64,000 nt of DNA, taken from positions 320,726,001-320,790,000 of the forward strand of contig OZ024740.1 in NCBI GenBank assembly GCA_964016885.1. The letters are read 5' to 3'. The notes below the pieces were generated by a model, which was not told the DNA's origin, did not search any database, and worked only from the letters and a program-made list of their open reading frames with translations. The stretch is from Eledone cirrhosa. Taxonomy: Eukaryota. Shown here piece after piece: positions 1 to 12,478 of this stretch (positions are counted from its first letter, which is position 1; every line of letters starts with the position of its first letter). Made by a program: the position numbers and the translations under genes.

Positions 1-896
1 GGGAGGGATTTAGTGTTTACAACAGACACTCTGTCACGTCTTCTGGTAAGGATATAATCTACCTGGCTGGTATGTTCCCCTGATCTGTAGGTGATCAAGT
101 GATTGTCTCGTTTTTTGAAGTTAGTGTTACAGATAGTTAGGTTATTTGCATCACAGAATTCCAGGATTCTGGAGCCTTCCTCGTTTCTAGTACCAAACCC
201 ATAGCCTCCATGGATTCCGTCATAGCCGTCACAATGTTGTCCAACGTGGCCATTTAGGTCGCCAGCAATAATTATATAGTCACTGTCGGTTATTTGGGAG
301 ATAGTGAGCATCAGTGTCTCATAGAATCTGTCTTTTATAGCGCCAGGCAGTCCGGATTGGGGCGCGTATGCAGATATTACTGTCACGGTAGTTCTATTTA
401 GAACAAGTCTTATTTTAATTATTCTGTCATTCACTCTATTTACATCTATTATCTTATCCACCCATTTTTCTGCTAACATGATTCCTACCCCACCTATCCC
501 ATTGTCATTTCCCACCCAGAAAAGCTTATAGCAACGTTTTTTACCCACAATGAATCTAGCAGCCCGCCCCTCCACCTGGTCTCTTGGATACAGCAAACAT
601 CAACCTCCTTACGTTCAAGCATTTCTACAACCTCGTTAGAGCGGCCTTTTAAGGTGCCTACATTCATGGTACCAACTCTGAAGTTTTGGATTGTGTTTGG
701 AGGATGGGGCGCAGGGAGGGGTGAGGGGGATGGGGTTGTGGTTATGTTGGCCATCCGCGGCCGAAACAAAGAGGAGGGGGCCTTGCCCTTTCGTCCGGCA
801 GCATGAGGTGAATTTGTCGTTATCTTTGGCATTGTCATCGAGTGTCCAGATTCTTCAGACTCTCCAGAAATTCCTTAGTCCCTCCATCATATCGAT
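1..896 (-). mobile_element. RTE-clade LINE, 5' portion (AP endonuclease), in an ADAT1 intron; continues beyond the window
   Basis: FRVGTMNVGTLKG...VDVCCIQETRWRG; homologous to 29840-30700. Confidence 0.9.
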
Positions 897-1186
897 ACAA
901 TAATTTTCATTATATTACATCACATTATAAATTTAGAAATGGCTAAAGTACTAGTTAGAAGCAAATATCTTACACATCTCTTTATTATTCTGCACTAGGA
1001 TAGTCTTCATAGAATAAAGTAATACCTTTCCACACAATCACTAAGCAATTGATATGTTAACATGATAGAAGTTGATCAGTTCTAGTCAGCTTAAACTGAA
1101 CACAAGAGAATGTTGATCAAATGTTGTCATCAATCTAAAGATCAACATGTCATACTTACATAGAATGGTTACTAATTTTAATTACC

Positions 1187-1365
1187 TACAACGGTTGGCT
1201 GAAAAGTTCATAAGCTGACCAAGACACTCTCATGGAATGACCAAATTAGATTTATTTTAAACATAGTCTCTGGAAAGAAACAATGCAGTTGTTAATAAGA
1301 AGAATTGAAATTAATGCGTGCAAGATTTCATAGTCAACCTATGAACTTTTCAGCCCACCCTTGTA
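1187..1365. mobile_element. mariner-like MITE (related copies near 19610, 26045, 43770)
   Basis: Imperfect TIRs caacggttggctgaaaagttcata / tatgaacttttcagcccacccttg, flanked by TA. Confidence 0.7.
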
Positions 1366-1435
1366 GAAGAAGAATAAATCAAATAAGGCTTAAAATTACT
1401 TTAACATTCTAGTATTTGAAAATATTGTATTTCAG

Positions 1436-1710
1436 ATGAAACATGCCATGGAACCGCCATTTACTTCAGCTGAAGACATTTATCGAACAGGGGCCAAGTG
1501 TGTACCCCTTGGTAAACAAGATGCCTGTGAGCCAGGAATTAACTACCACTGCATAAATGCTCTGAGGATTAAGCCTGGTCGAGGAGACCGTACAATCAGC
1601 ATGTCATGCAGTGATAAAATAGCAAGATGGAATTTTCTAGGGTGTCAAGGGGCCTTGTTGAGCCACTTCCTTTTCCAACCAATTTACTTTAAGTCTTTTA
1701 TTATTGCAAA
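1436..1710 (+). CDS. ADAT1: ADAT1 exon containing the SCSDK catalytic motif
   Basis: tttcag|ATG...GCAAA|gtaggt; ORF track 1436..1714. Confidence 0.93.
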
Positions 1711-4700
1711 GTAGGTGTTATTTATTTTATTTACTTGTTTTTATTGTTTTTTATTGATTCTTCTATGAAAGTATAGGTGGGATGATCAGACCTATGACAT
1801 TCCATCTCATTGATTGACAAGATCCCAGACCTTATTTGTGTACCAATGTGGGGGGAATTTGTCAAAATGGACCAAGGAAATAATGTTTTCATTGCTGATA
1901 ATACATACCAGTTGCTGTCTACTTCTGGCAGAAAGAGAAATGTGATATAAAGTGTCTTGCTCAAGGACATATTGCATTACCCAATCCAGGAATCAAACTC
2001 GTAACGTCTTGATTTGTTAATATGGGATTTTAGGGAGATTTGATAGTTATTTCAACCATATTACAATATTTCATATATCTCCACTCAATGCTATATATGT
2101 TCTCACTAAGGACTGAGTTTAAATTCCTACTCAATGCTGCATATATGTTCTAATTTAATTCTAAATCATCTGATTATATTTTAGGTGTACATTCAGTGCC
2201 GATGCTGCTTACAGGGCTCTAATGGGACGGTTTGAAACTCAAATTAAATCACTTCATTTACCTGAATGTTATCTCATCAACACACCTAATATCTTACAGT
2301 CCTCTCTTACATTTACTGATAATAAAACCAATTCTAAGATTGATAACTTGAAAGAACAAAAAGTTATTCCATGCAGTACATGTAAGTAAATGAGTATGCA
2401 AATAGTATACAAAACATTTCAATCCACACAGAAGTAAAATAAATTAAATTTTGTTTAGAATAGATACACCATATATCTGCATGTCATAAGAGGTGACTAA
2501 ATGAGCTGACACCATGAAGGGCATCCAACCATAAAACAATGCCTCCAAAAAGAACCTCTCCGTGATGAGTTTAACATGGATGAGGCACAGCCCAAAGTGC
2601 CTCATGGAGGTCTCCACCCGCTCTTGTTAAAACTCAATATGAGGAACCTGGTTGAAACGATAGACACTCAATCCATTTATGATGGCCAAGTGCCTATTGT
2701 TCCTTATGGAGACTTGTATATGAAGTTTGGGAGGAGGAAATGAAAGCCATGGTTTGGTGAGTATGGATACAGACAAAAGGGAAAAGTGGAGAAACTTGTC
2801 ATGGAGTCTGCATGTTTAAATGCTACTTTAGCAAGAAAGGTGACCTTAAAATGCTTGTTGTTGTTATCAAGTGTCTGTATTTTCTGTTTAATGATGCTAT
2901 CTGCAGTCTCTGTTTACGGGGCTTTAGCTTTTGGTAGTTGTGACATTCTTGTCTTTTCCAAATGTGAAGGGAAATGGCTACAATTGGTTGAAGAAACCAG
3001 TCTCTGCAAATAAAATCATAAATTTGTTGAGTTAGTAGAAAGTACCAGAACTGATACATGTTCAGTATTTAAATCCAATACACAGAACCTTTGGCAAGTG
3101 TCTTCTACTATAGCCCCAGGTTTACCAATACCTAATGAGTAGTATTTGGTAGGTGAAACTGTAGAAACCCATCATATGATTATGTGTGAGTACTATGTCA
3201 ATTATGTAATGGGGTAGTGATTGCTGCAAAATGGATTGAGTGTCTCGTTTCAAAATTATGTAATATAATGGCTGCAGCCTATTAGCATCCATACCAGTAA
3301 TTGTTGCAGGTTGGTTGTTGTAATACTAGGAGGATTTTTTTATTTGTTTTTCCATGCTTGCATGAGTTGGATGGGTTTTTCCAGCAACACTTACCTCTAC
3401 TTGTGTTCCTTTGCCATCTACTCCATGAAGTTCTGTGTTTCTATATCCCCTCTCACCACTTCTGCTCAAGTTTTCCTTGGTCTTCTGCAGTTAATGTTAA
3501 TAAAAATAAGTAGGGGGAAAATAAATCAAATAGAAATAAGAATGGTACTGTATTCCATAATTTTAAAGAATTTATTTCTCTTTATACAGCAATAATTTGG
3601 TATATGAATCGAACAAATGCAATTGAAGAAATTGCAGTGAATGGCAGAAAACAAGGTGTAACACTAAAGTCAGTAAACAATCCCTCATCTCAGTAAGTAA
3701 CGAAATAGTTTAAAGTTAAGAAACAGTGTTTCTTATAATGGTTTCTGATTTAGGCACAAGGCTTGCAATTTTGGGGATGAGAAAGTATATTCGGTATTTG
3801 ACTGGTACTTTATTTTATCGATCCCTTGGCAGGATTTGAAACCAGAATGTAGAGGGTCATAACAAAATACTGCAATGTTTCTTATTCATCTCACAAAGGA
3901 TTCTGCCAATCCACCACCCTTAGTGCTTCTTATAATACTGCTACAATTGGTCAGTCAGCAATCTCCTTGACAAAGTTATTTACTAGACATACACAACTGT
4001 TAGAACATGTCACTTCATCTCCTGTTAACCCTCTAGCATTTAAATAAGCCATATCCAGCCAGAATATTTTCACCTCTTTCTATTTAAACCAGCTGTAACT
4101 GGCTGCTCATACCAATGTTAGAGTATTGTTCTCAAAATAAATAACATAAATAACAGTTAGAAATTGTTCCGTTGTTAATACTTTACAAAACACCATTATT
4201 TTGTACACTCCAGTACAGCTCACATCTGACCTTCCCTCCATTTTGCTGATAGGCAAGGTTATAATACCAATAAACCCAACATTGTATTGTATCTTTCTTC
4301 TATCTATTCTTTACAACTACTGATATTTCTATTGCTACTTCAACAATGATCTCATTAACTCACTGACTCACCATCCATTTAAAACCGCAGCTGCCTGTTA
4401 TTCTGTCTCACTCCTAGTCAAATATAGACATCTCCACCACTATGTGTCAGATGACTAAAAAGTTTGGGACTTCTTTCAGCTCGAATGGCTTTGGAGTGGG
4501 TAGTTAGGATGTTATGGTGTCTCCTCAAGTATGATTTCATATGGAAGTCTTGTCTCACAGCCCTAGAAATGGTCATTTTACTGATTCTTTGATCTTGAGC
4601 CAACTTTGCCATCAATTTTGATGGGTTTAACTCAATTGATCATCTAAGTTCTGCTAAGAAGCGAGGTGTGTGCTTTTGGTTACTGCAAGGTTTTCTCTGA

Positions 4701-7607
4701 ACAGCCAGACTTTTCTTCAAATTGGCTACAACTCCAAAAACAGTAGATTTGGCATACTTTGCTGACAGAATAATTTGGCAATTACACTTTTACAGTTTAA
4801 TTCTTTATTAACATACTATTTTTTATTTCAGATTGAACAAATGAATAAATGATTATTCAAGCTAGTAATATTTAAAATTTAGACTCCAACAAAATCTTTA
4901 CAATTAAAAATATACCCATTTGAAACTTGTCCCAATTTACCTGTTACACCCTGTATATAACTAAAAGGTTCATTGGATCCTCTTTTCCTAAAACTACTTC
5001 TTTACAACTCCATAGTTTTTCATCAATTATTGTTCTTCAAAAGTTCAAACTGAACATTAAATGTATTTACTTAACCTAGCTGTCTCCATAACAGTTTATG
5101 AAGTCCTGGAAATACTACGGGTACTTTTATCGCCTTTAGATTAGATTATATTAACCCTTTTGTTACCATGTTTTAATAACAGACATTGCCTTTAATTATT
5201 AAATAATTTTGAAAATAATCAAGAATCTGAAAGGATTTAATAATATAACTTTCTCATTAAGATGGTGTTTGGAACATAACTCGACAAAAGTTTTTACATA
5301 AAATTATGATGGAATGTTATTAGATGTATATAAACACTTTAAAACAAGCATTTTTATATCATAGAAGCAGTTTGGTATTCAAAAGTTTAAGATAATACTC
5401 AGTCTGGATTACCAGAAACAGCTCTTTCTGGTAATCCAGATTGAATATTTTCTTAATCCTTTTGAATATCAAACTGCTTGAAACTGCCCTTGTTTCTATG
5501 ATATATAACTGCTTGTTTTAAAATGTTTATATTCATCTAAAAGCCATATCTATTCAATTTTCTTTCAGATTAAGTATTTCCTGCAAAGCTATATATTCTG
5601 AGTTTAAACGTGTTAAAGAGATAGCATCTAAAGTAAACCGGTTGCCACTTGCTTTAAAGAGGTAAGATACTGATGTTCATGTAACCACTCCTCTTATGAT
5701 ATCATAAACTAGAAAGTTTAATTAATTTAACTTGTTAGTTACTTACTTCCTTTCACATATCTTATTATTGTTTAGCCTTGACTGATCAAACTTATGATCT
5801 AGGACTATATTATTCAATGTGACATTTACTTAATGGGTTAGATGGGTTTTGCTCATACAGGACTAGTTTTAGCTTGGTTTCTACAGCTGGATGCCCTTCC
5901 TAACACCAACCACATTTACAGTGTGCACTAGGTACTTTTTGTCGTGACACCTACATAACCACTTTACAGTGTAAATCTAGCAGTTCAAATAGAGGCTCAC
6001 TTGTTAGCTTCACATAGGAGACTGAATGTATAGAAAAAGTTAACTGCTAAATGTCATTTTTTCATATAGGTATCATGACAAAAAGCGCCCAGCCCACACT
6101 GTAAAGTGGTTATGTAGGTGTCACGACAAAAAGTACCTAGTGCACACTGTAAATGTGGTTGGTGTTAGGAAGGGCATCCAGCTGTAGAAACCAAGCTAAA
6201 ACTAGTCCTGTATGAGCAAAACCCATCTAACCCATTCTAGCATGGAAAATGGACATTAAATGATGATGATGATGGGGCTGGGATGATTTTATTGCGTTGA
6301 TTACCAAGTCTACTTCCTAGAAAGTTGGTTCACTTTGTCATACCTGAAAGTATCTTATATTATTATAAATCTACCATTCATCCTAGTATTGAGTACTATT
6401 ATAACATCTGGTCTGGTGTATCTGCTGTGGACCTTGAGAGTCTTGATAAAACCAAAAGAAGAAACATCAAGATTATTGGTTCTGAGTTATTATGTCAGCC
6501 TCGATCACTATCACACCATAGAAATGTTGCTTCTGTGCCTTTTCGATAAATATTTTCAGGAAAATTGTTCCGACAAGTTTTCTTCTTTGTTGTCTTGTTT
6601 TTATGAGTTTAAATATAGCAGCTAGGTCCTACTCCTTTACAGTTGAGGTTCCTAAATGTAATTGTAAATTTTATTCTGATAGTTTCTTCCCTCACACATC
6701 TTACCCCTGCAATTCTCTTCCGGCTTTTTGCTTTCCCGACTACTGCAAAAATTCAAAAGCAATATCAACCATCATCATCTCTCTCCTTGAATTATGTTCT
6801 GTCTTGTTTTTTTCCCTTCTCAGTAACACTTTGCATTTTAGTGGCTTTATTGCCTCGCTTGGGGTGAGTAATATAAATATATATATATATAACAACAAAT
6901 GCATGAAGGACTTCTTGATTGCATCGAGAACCGTGGAAATAATTATGATGATTAAACGATTTATGTAACATCAGCATTATTACTTTTATTTTTTATATAT
7001 ATATATGGAGTGTGTACAGTGCAAAGACCAAGAACACAAATCATGGTAGTACTCAATGCATGATATGCTGAATGTGTATATTGAAGAGGTAAAACCCTGG
7101 GGTTGCAGCTTGTTATCTCAAACTTTTTCATGGGTCCCCTAACGAAAACAAGCTAAAACTACATGGCTCAGTCAGGATTCTACCTCTTCTCTCTCTATAT
7201 AATTGTTTCTACTTTAGGCACAAGGCCAGCAATTACCCAGTGCATTACTGGTACTTTATTTTATCGACCCCGTAAGGATGAAAGGCAAAGTCAACCTCGG
7301 CGGGATTTGAACTCAGATCGTAAAGGGACGTAACTATGCTGGAAAGCATGGCGTCCGACCCTCCACTGATACTGCCAATCCACTTCTCTCTCTATATAAT
7401 ATTCCTTGATCATAACTTTGAAAAGTACAACAAAAAAAGATATTTAATTGTATCTATTGTAGCCTTGAAGATGAATCATCCAGCTGCCAAACGTATTTCT
7501 TGTTTAAAACAGCTGCCATAAAATACCAAAATGTTTGGAATCAATTGCTGAAAGGACCTTTAAAGACATGGGTAAAAAAGCCCAAAGAATTTATGCAATT
7601 CTTATGA
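1436..7607 (+). CDS. ADAT1: tRNA-specific adenosine deaminase 1, 3' part (5 coding exons; 5' exons lie upstream of the window)
   Basis: Exons 1436-1710, 2185-2381, 3590-3692, 5569-5661 and 7463-7607 join in frame with GT-AG introns. The peptide [15 protein letters not shown]...[41 protein letters not shown] and the C-terminal TY..FKTAA.KYQ..W..L....KTWVKKP match the ADAT1 deaminase signature (SCSDK motif). Confidence 0.93.
2185..2381 (+). CDS. ADAT1: ADAT1 exon
   Basis: ttttag|G...ACAT|gtaagt; [16 protein letters not shown]...KVIPCST. Confidence 0.9.
3590..3692 (+). CDS. ADAT1: ADAT1 exon
   Basis: tatacag|C...TCTCA|gtaagt; SIIWY...[11 protein letters not shown]. Confidence 0.9.
4400..4953 (-). 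mobile_element. Tc1/mariner-superfamily transposon relic (transposase N-terminal HTH region)
   Basis: TA-CAGGGTG end at 4953; ORF 4418..4615 MAKLA...[19 protein letters not shown]. Confidence 0.65.
5320..5540. repeat. Fold-back inverted repeat (arms about 100 bp, 6-nt loop)
   Basis: Core tctggattaccagaaa-cagctc-tttctggtaatccaga, with imperfect arms extending to 5320 and 5540. Confidence 0.9.
5569..5661 (+). CDS. ADAT1: ADAT1 exon
   Basis: tctttcag|A...AAGAG|gtaaga; [15 protein letters not shown]. Confidence 0.87.
5832..6236. repeat. Perfect 141-bp inverted repeat (5832-5972 / 6096-6236) of RTE-3'UTR-derived sequence
   Basis: The two arms are exact reverse complements by base-by-base comparison. 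Confidence 0.95.
6290..6870 (+). mobile_element. Degenerate 3' fragment of a CR1/L2/Jockey-group LINE
   Basis: [20 protein letters not shown]...LDKTKRR motif typical of the ORF2 C-terminus. Confidence 0.6.
7200..7382 (-). mobile_element. tRNA-derived SINE (other copies near 3740, 10500, 12196, 17660, 19080, 22275, 22520, 25075, 40041, 42502, 43380)
   Basis: A-box-like TGGCAGTATC and B-box GTTCAAATCC, followed by a conserved core GCCTTTCATCCTTACGGGGTCGATAAAATAAAGTACCAG. Confidence 0.85.
7463..7607 (+). CDS. ADAT1: ADAT1 terminal coding exon
   Basis: attgtag|C...TTA TGA; [39 protein letters not shown]; AATAAA at 7613-7618. Confidence 0.9.
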
Positions 7608-8199
7608 TGTTTAATAAAAAAATATATATATTTTTCCTTTTTGTTTATGCATTCATTTGTTGTAAATCAGCTTTTTAAAATATCTGTATACCCTAAGTTC
7701 CACATCTCAGCCCACACAAGTTTCAGGCTGCCACATAACCAAAATATCTGATTGCCTATAGATCTGGTCAGAGTTGACAACTACTCAAACAGCAATTACT
7801 ATGAAGAGGTTGTTTGGGTAAACTGATTAATTGAATTAACATGAGTCACAAGAGTGACCAGAAAACTGCAGTATTAACTAGAAAATTTAGAGATTTGATT
7901 ATCATAAGCCAAACTATTACTGGATAAAGTGATTTGGATTAACAGTCACATTGAAAGGGTATTTTTCCAAACCGATGCAATCAACATAGAGTATCAAAAC
8001 ACCATAATGATAAATAACTAGGATGCTCAATCATTTAAGTCTCATCACCACTCACATATCTTTGTATCTTCAACTATAAAAGGGTTTGTTCATCTGATAG
8101 GTACTGTAGGCTACTGTTGTAGGCAGTATGGAAACAGATAATGTTCCCTTGCTTAAGTGATGGATAAAATCACATACTGGTAAAGTTAAAGTTTGTTCT

Positions 8200-8445
8200 G
8201 AACCTGGAGGATCATCTGACTGGAGCACATGGCCTGGCTTCATTAGCGTGAAGTGACTGGGAGTACAAGACTCCTCCCAGGATAGGACACTTGTCCATCA
8301 TGGGGTTAACTCCCAGCTGCAACTGGAGCAAAGTGAAATGAAGTGATTTACTCAAGAACACAATGCACCACCCAGTCAAGGAATCAAACCCATGATATTA
8401 GAATTGTAAGTCCAATACCTTAAACACTAGGCTGTGTGCCTTCAC
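8200..8445 (-). mobile_element. Second tRNA-derived SINE family (copies near 1790, 9500, 26370, 51925)
   Basis: Degenerate A/B boxes followed by a cttgagcaagacactt-like core, recurring several times. Confidence 0.6.
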
Positions 8446-10950
8446 ATCCATAAAGACAAATATTTAATATCATAAAAACTTAGCCGTATCCAGCCAGAAT
8501 TCCCTCACCTTTTCCTGTTCAAACTGGTTGTAACCAGCAGCTCATACTGACATTAAGGTATTGTTCTCAAAATAAATATCATCAAAATGTATATTCGATA
8601 TTATGTGAGATAATTATGTAAGATAAAGCCTTTACCACAAAAATACAATAGTATATATAGAGTAATGTAGTAGATAAAACCAGGATTGGAAATATAAAAT
8701 GAAACACATTACTTAATAAAATCAAAATAATATGAAATTTATTATTGAAATGTAACAGTTATAAATATTTCAAACAAAAATATAATACAGGTTTATAAAC
8801 TCAGTCAATTGTCACAAACGTTATGATATATTATACACACATATATATGATGGTGTGTATATATCTTTACTGCTTGAATTTATTTATAGGAAATGTATTT
8901 GATAAAACAATACATTGTTTTTATACATCATTAATATGGCCAATTCTTGACTTGATAGATATGTTGAAGATATAATTTTACAAATTTTAATAAAGGAACA
9001 CATTAATTATTTAGAGCCATTCAAATTCCAGTTTCCAAAGTGTTCATTACTTAATTACATTGAAAACATTCCCAGACATAAATAACACAAAATATAACCC
9101 TGTGGAAACAAGACAAATTTAATCAGCATTCATGTTGTGATTGTTCTTCTTTCCCATTTGAACCAGATAAGCAAAAGAACATGCTTATCTAAATAGCTGC
9201 AATGCCATTTATCTTAAGCCCTAAGATTTATTTTGTATTTTCAGTGCTTAAAGGTTTTAAACTCAATCTCTGTCCTGTGAGGCTAAATGCTTCTAATAAA
9301 TTGTGGAGAATAACGACTGTTATACAGTAATTCCAACAGGACCATTATCAGAGCCTTTGATCATATATGAACTAATTGGACGGCAAAATGAATACAAATG
9401 CTCTGACTGCCATACTGCACTTCATACAACCAATCATAACATAACAAAGTCAACATTATGGTCCTGGTATATCTAGATTGGTGGATCCATACCCAAACTA
9501 TTTGATCAATTACCTCTGTGTCAAGATCCTAGACCTCATTTGATTACCAAGTGGGGTGGAACTTCATCAAATCGGACCAAGGAAACAGTCTTTCCATTAC
9601 TGATATTATCTACTGGTCACAACTCCTGGCAGAAAGAACATGAAATAAAGTGTCTTACTCAAGGATATAACATATCGCCTGGTCCAGGAATCAAACTCAC
9701 AATTGCAAATCCAATTCTCTAACCACTAAGACATGCACCTTCATAAGTATACTCAAGTAGAGCTGACTGGGATTATTCATCAATAGCAAGACACTGACAT
9801 ATAAACATAACTGCTATTTCAAAGTTAAATATTTTTAAATCTCTGTACCAGCAATTGAAGGGAATGTTCAAATTTTTAGGACAATGGATTAATGATATTG
9901 GTAACTTTCATAATCTACTAAATTATTACTAGGAACTGTGTCTTTGATTAAAGTCATTTTGACATCTCTCTAATAATTACAACTATATGAAAAATTCATC
10001 TAGATTTATTCAGTACTCCCTACTGCTTTTTAACAACAATGATTAAATCACTAGCTCATGTCCCTAGTAATAGTGCTGATATAGATATGGACAAACAGCT
10101 TTTTGTTAAACGGGATAGCAATATGTGAATCAAACAGCTGAGGCCTAATGTAGACATGAAACATCATGTGTAAAAATGTCAAAAAATATAGTACTCTGTG
10201 GGAGGGAATAGATCCATAACCTGGGCTGTGAAATGTGATGAAAACTTGGCTCTATGTAGAACATAGAATATAGTAATAAAGAGTAGACCATAAGATTATA
10301 AAAATTGTAAATAGGCCTGACTAGATTTGCCAGCACAGAATTTTTCAACTTTTACACAATGATGGTTTTTCTACCCAGCCATTCTCAATTCACTGCAGAA
10401 TGAAAGCTTTAGCAACTATACTGGTTTTAGGCCTACCTGTCTACAGTAATCAGGGTATCAAACATATATTGCAAGGTATCTCTTCTGACACTAACAATTC
10501 TGCCAATTCCTTGCCATGGACTGGTACTTTATTTATCAAGCCTCTGCAAGGATGAAAGCAAAGTTGGCCTGGTGGAATTTAAACTCAGAGCATACAGTAC
10601 CAGAACAAATGCTGCATTGTATTTAATCCAATGCTCTATCAACTCTTCTAGTTGATCTTATACAAAGTTGTAACTTTTACACAATAACAACTTTATCCTT
10701 GTTACAGAGCTTAGAGGTAAGCTCTGTAACAGTGCACTACATCTCAAATTGGGCAGGACAGCCCCCCCCCCCCACACACACTAAATTCCAATGATCAGAT
10801 AGTTCCTTCATCTATTTCTCTTTTGGAGCATCACCTAAAAAGAATGAGGCTAATGATATACCCAGAAGGTAATTGAAAAGTGCTAATCTGAAAGAAAAAG
10901 CAACAAACCTCTTAGCAATGACACGCAATTGTGGGGAAAGTAGTGACCAA

Positions 10951-11147
10951 CCCTTTAGCATTTAAACTGGCCATATCCGGCCAGAACTCTCTCACCTCTT
11001 TCTGTTCAAACTGGTTGTAACTGGCCACTTATACTGATGTTAAGGTATTGTTCTCAAAATAAATAATATCAAAATCTCATAGATTTGATATTATGTAAGA
11101 TAAAGTGTTTACCATGAAAATACAGTAGTAAATGCTAAAGGGTTAAA
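10951..11147. mobile_element. TTAA/piggyBac-like MITE of about 200 bp (copies near 4025, 8480; split copy 49992-54161)
   Basis: TIRs ccctttagcattta ... taaatgctaaaggg followed by TTAA. Confidence 0.75.
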
Positions 11148-12036
11148 TCATAGTAATTTTAATCCAATACATTTTCTAGTATATTGTGAGATGACAAACA
11201 CCATGAAATATTAAGCTCTACACTGGTGATTGCTTGGGTTCTACTGAAAGGCATTCTTTGTTACAATATGCATGAGAGAAAGAGAACAAGGATTTGATGG
11301 TAGGTAGAATTCCCCCAGTAATATCAGCAGGTGTTGAGCGAGGATGCTGACCAAAAATGGAGGCATTGTGGCTAATTCCCTTGCCCCATACCAATGTGTA
11401 ACATGCAACAGATGTCAGACTTATAAAAAAATAGATAAAGAGGCATCTTCTATCAAACATGGTTCAGGCAGTGGACAAACAAGGTATTCATACAGCCAGT
11501 ATATTATGTCTAAAGTCCGGATCTGCAAGGCAGAATTGGAGGTATGGCAGTAGCTATTCAGTGTTTAACTTGGAATGTTGAAAACACAATGATAGTATCC
11601 CGTATTAAATATCTTAATATGTAACCCTTCCTCTAGTTGATTTTCTTCCAGATCTTTAGATGCTTACATTTGTGTTAGTAATGTTCTAAGGCAGTATAAT
11701 AAATGTGACACCATTATAGTACATTTGGTGCTCTAGCACTCCAATTTAAAAAGAAAAAATTCCCTGGTATAGACTTGTAAATTGTAAATATATCCATGTT
11801 TTGAAGAATAGAAATAATTGTAACATGTTTGTGGCATAAGTTTCAAAATATTTAAATAATAATTGAGAACATATTTGAAATATTTCCTTCATTCCAGCAA
11901 AATGTTCCTATCTAATTCTTGTTTCTATAGATTTTAACTCTAAACTGAAACCCAAACTCACCATCATGCATAACATACATTCATCCACGGACAAAGCTGT
12001 AACCAACAGACAGAACAAGATGAACATTTATAAATA

Positions 12037-12099
12037 TTAATTAATTTTAGAGTTTAGTTCTTTCCAGTTTAGATCATCACCCCAACCATCTGTGTTCAT
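12037..12099 (-). CDS. SCYL3: SCYL3 terminal coding exon
   Basis: ttttgcag|MNTDGWGDDLNWKELNSKIN*. Confidence 0.85.
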   Translation of the reverse strand: MNTDGWGDDLNWKELNSKIN

Positions 12100-12425
12100 C
12101 TGCAAAATAAAATTATATATATGTGTAAACAACAATTGACTTAAGAAGCATTATGAAAATTTGAAATATGTGTGTCCCAATGTAAACGATCTTAATAATT
12201 GTTTCTACTTTAGGCACAAGGCCAGTAATTTAAAGGGGAGGGGAAAGTCAATTAAATCAACCCCAGTACATTACTGGTGCTTTACTTTATTGACCCCATA
12301 AGGCAAAGCTAACCTCGGCGGGATTTGAACTCGGAACGTAAAGCTTGGTGTCTGACGCTCTACGATACAACCAATCCACCAAGTTGGTTACTCTAGATCA
12401 TTGTTTCCCAAAGTGCTTTGATACC

Positions 12426-12478
<53 letters not shown>

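Noticed and set aside
1436-1714. ADAR (dsRNA-editing enzyme) call for the deaminase exons
   Set aside because: RTGAKCVP and [15 protein letters not shown] match ADAT1, not ADAR1 or ADAR2.
2786-3595. Hydrophobic ORFs resembling membrane peptides
   Set aside because: T-rich intronic sequence of ADAT1 with no splice-site or homology support.
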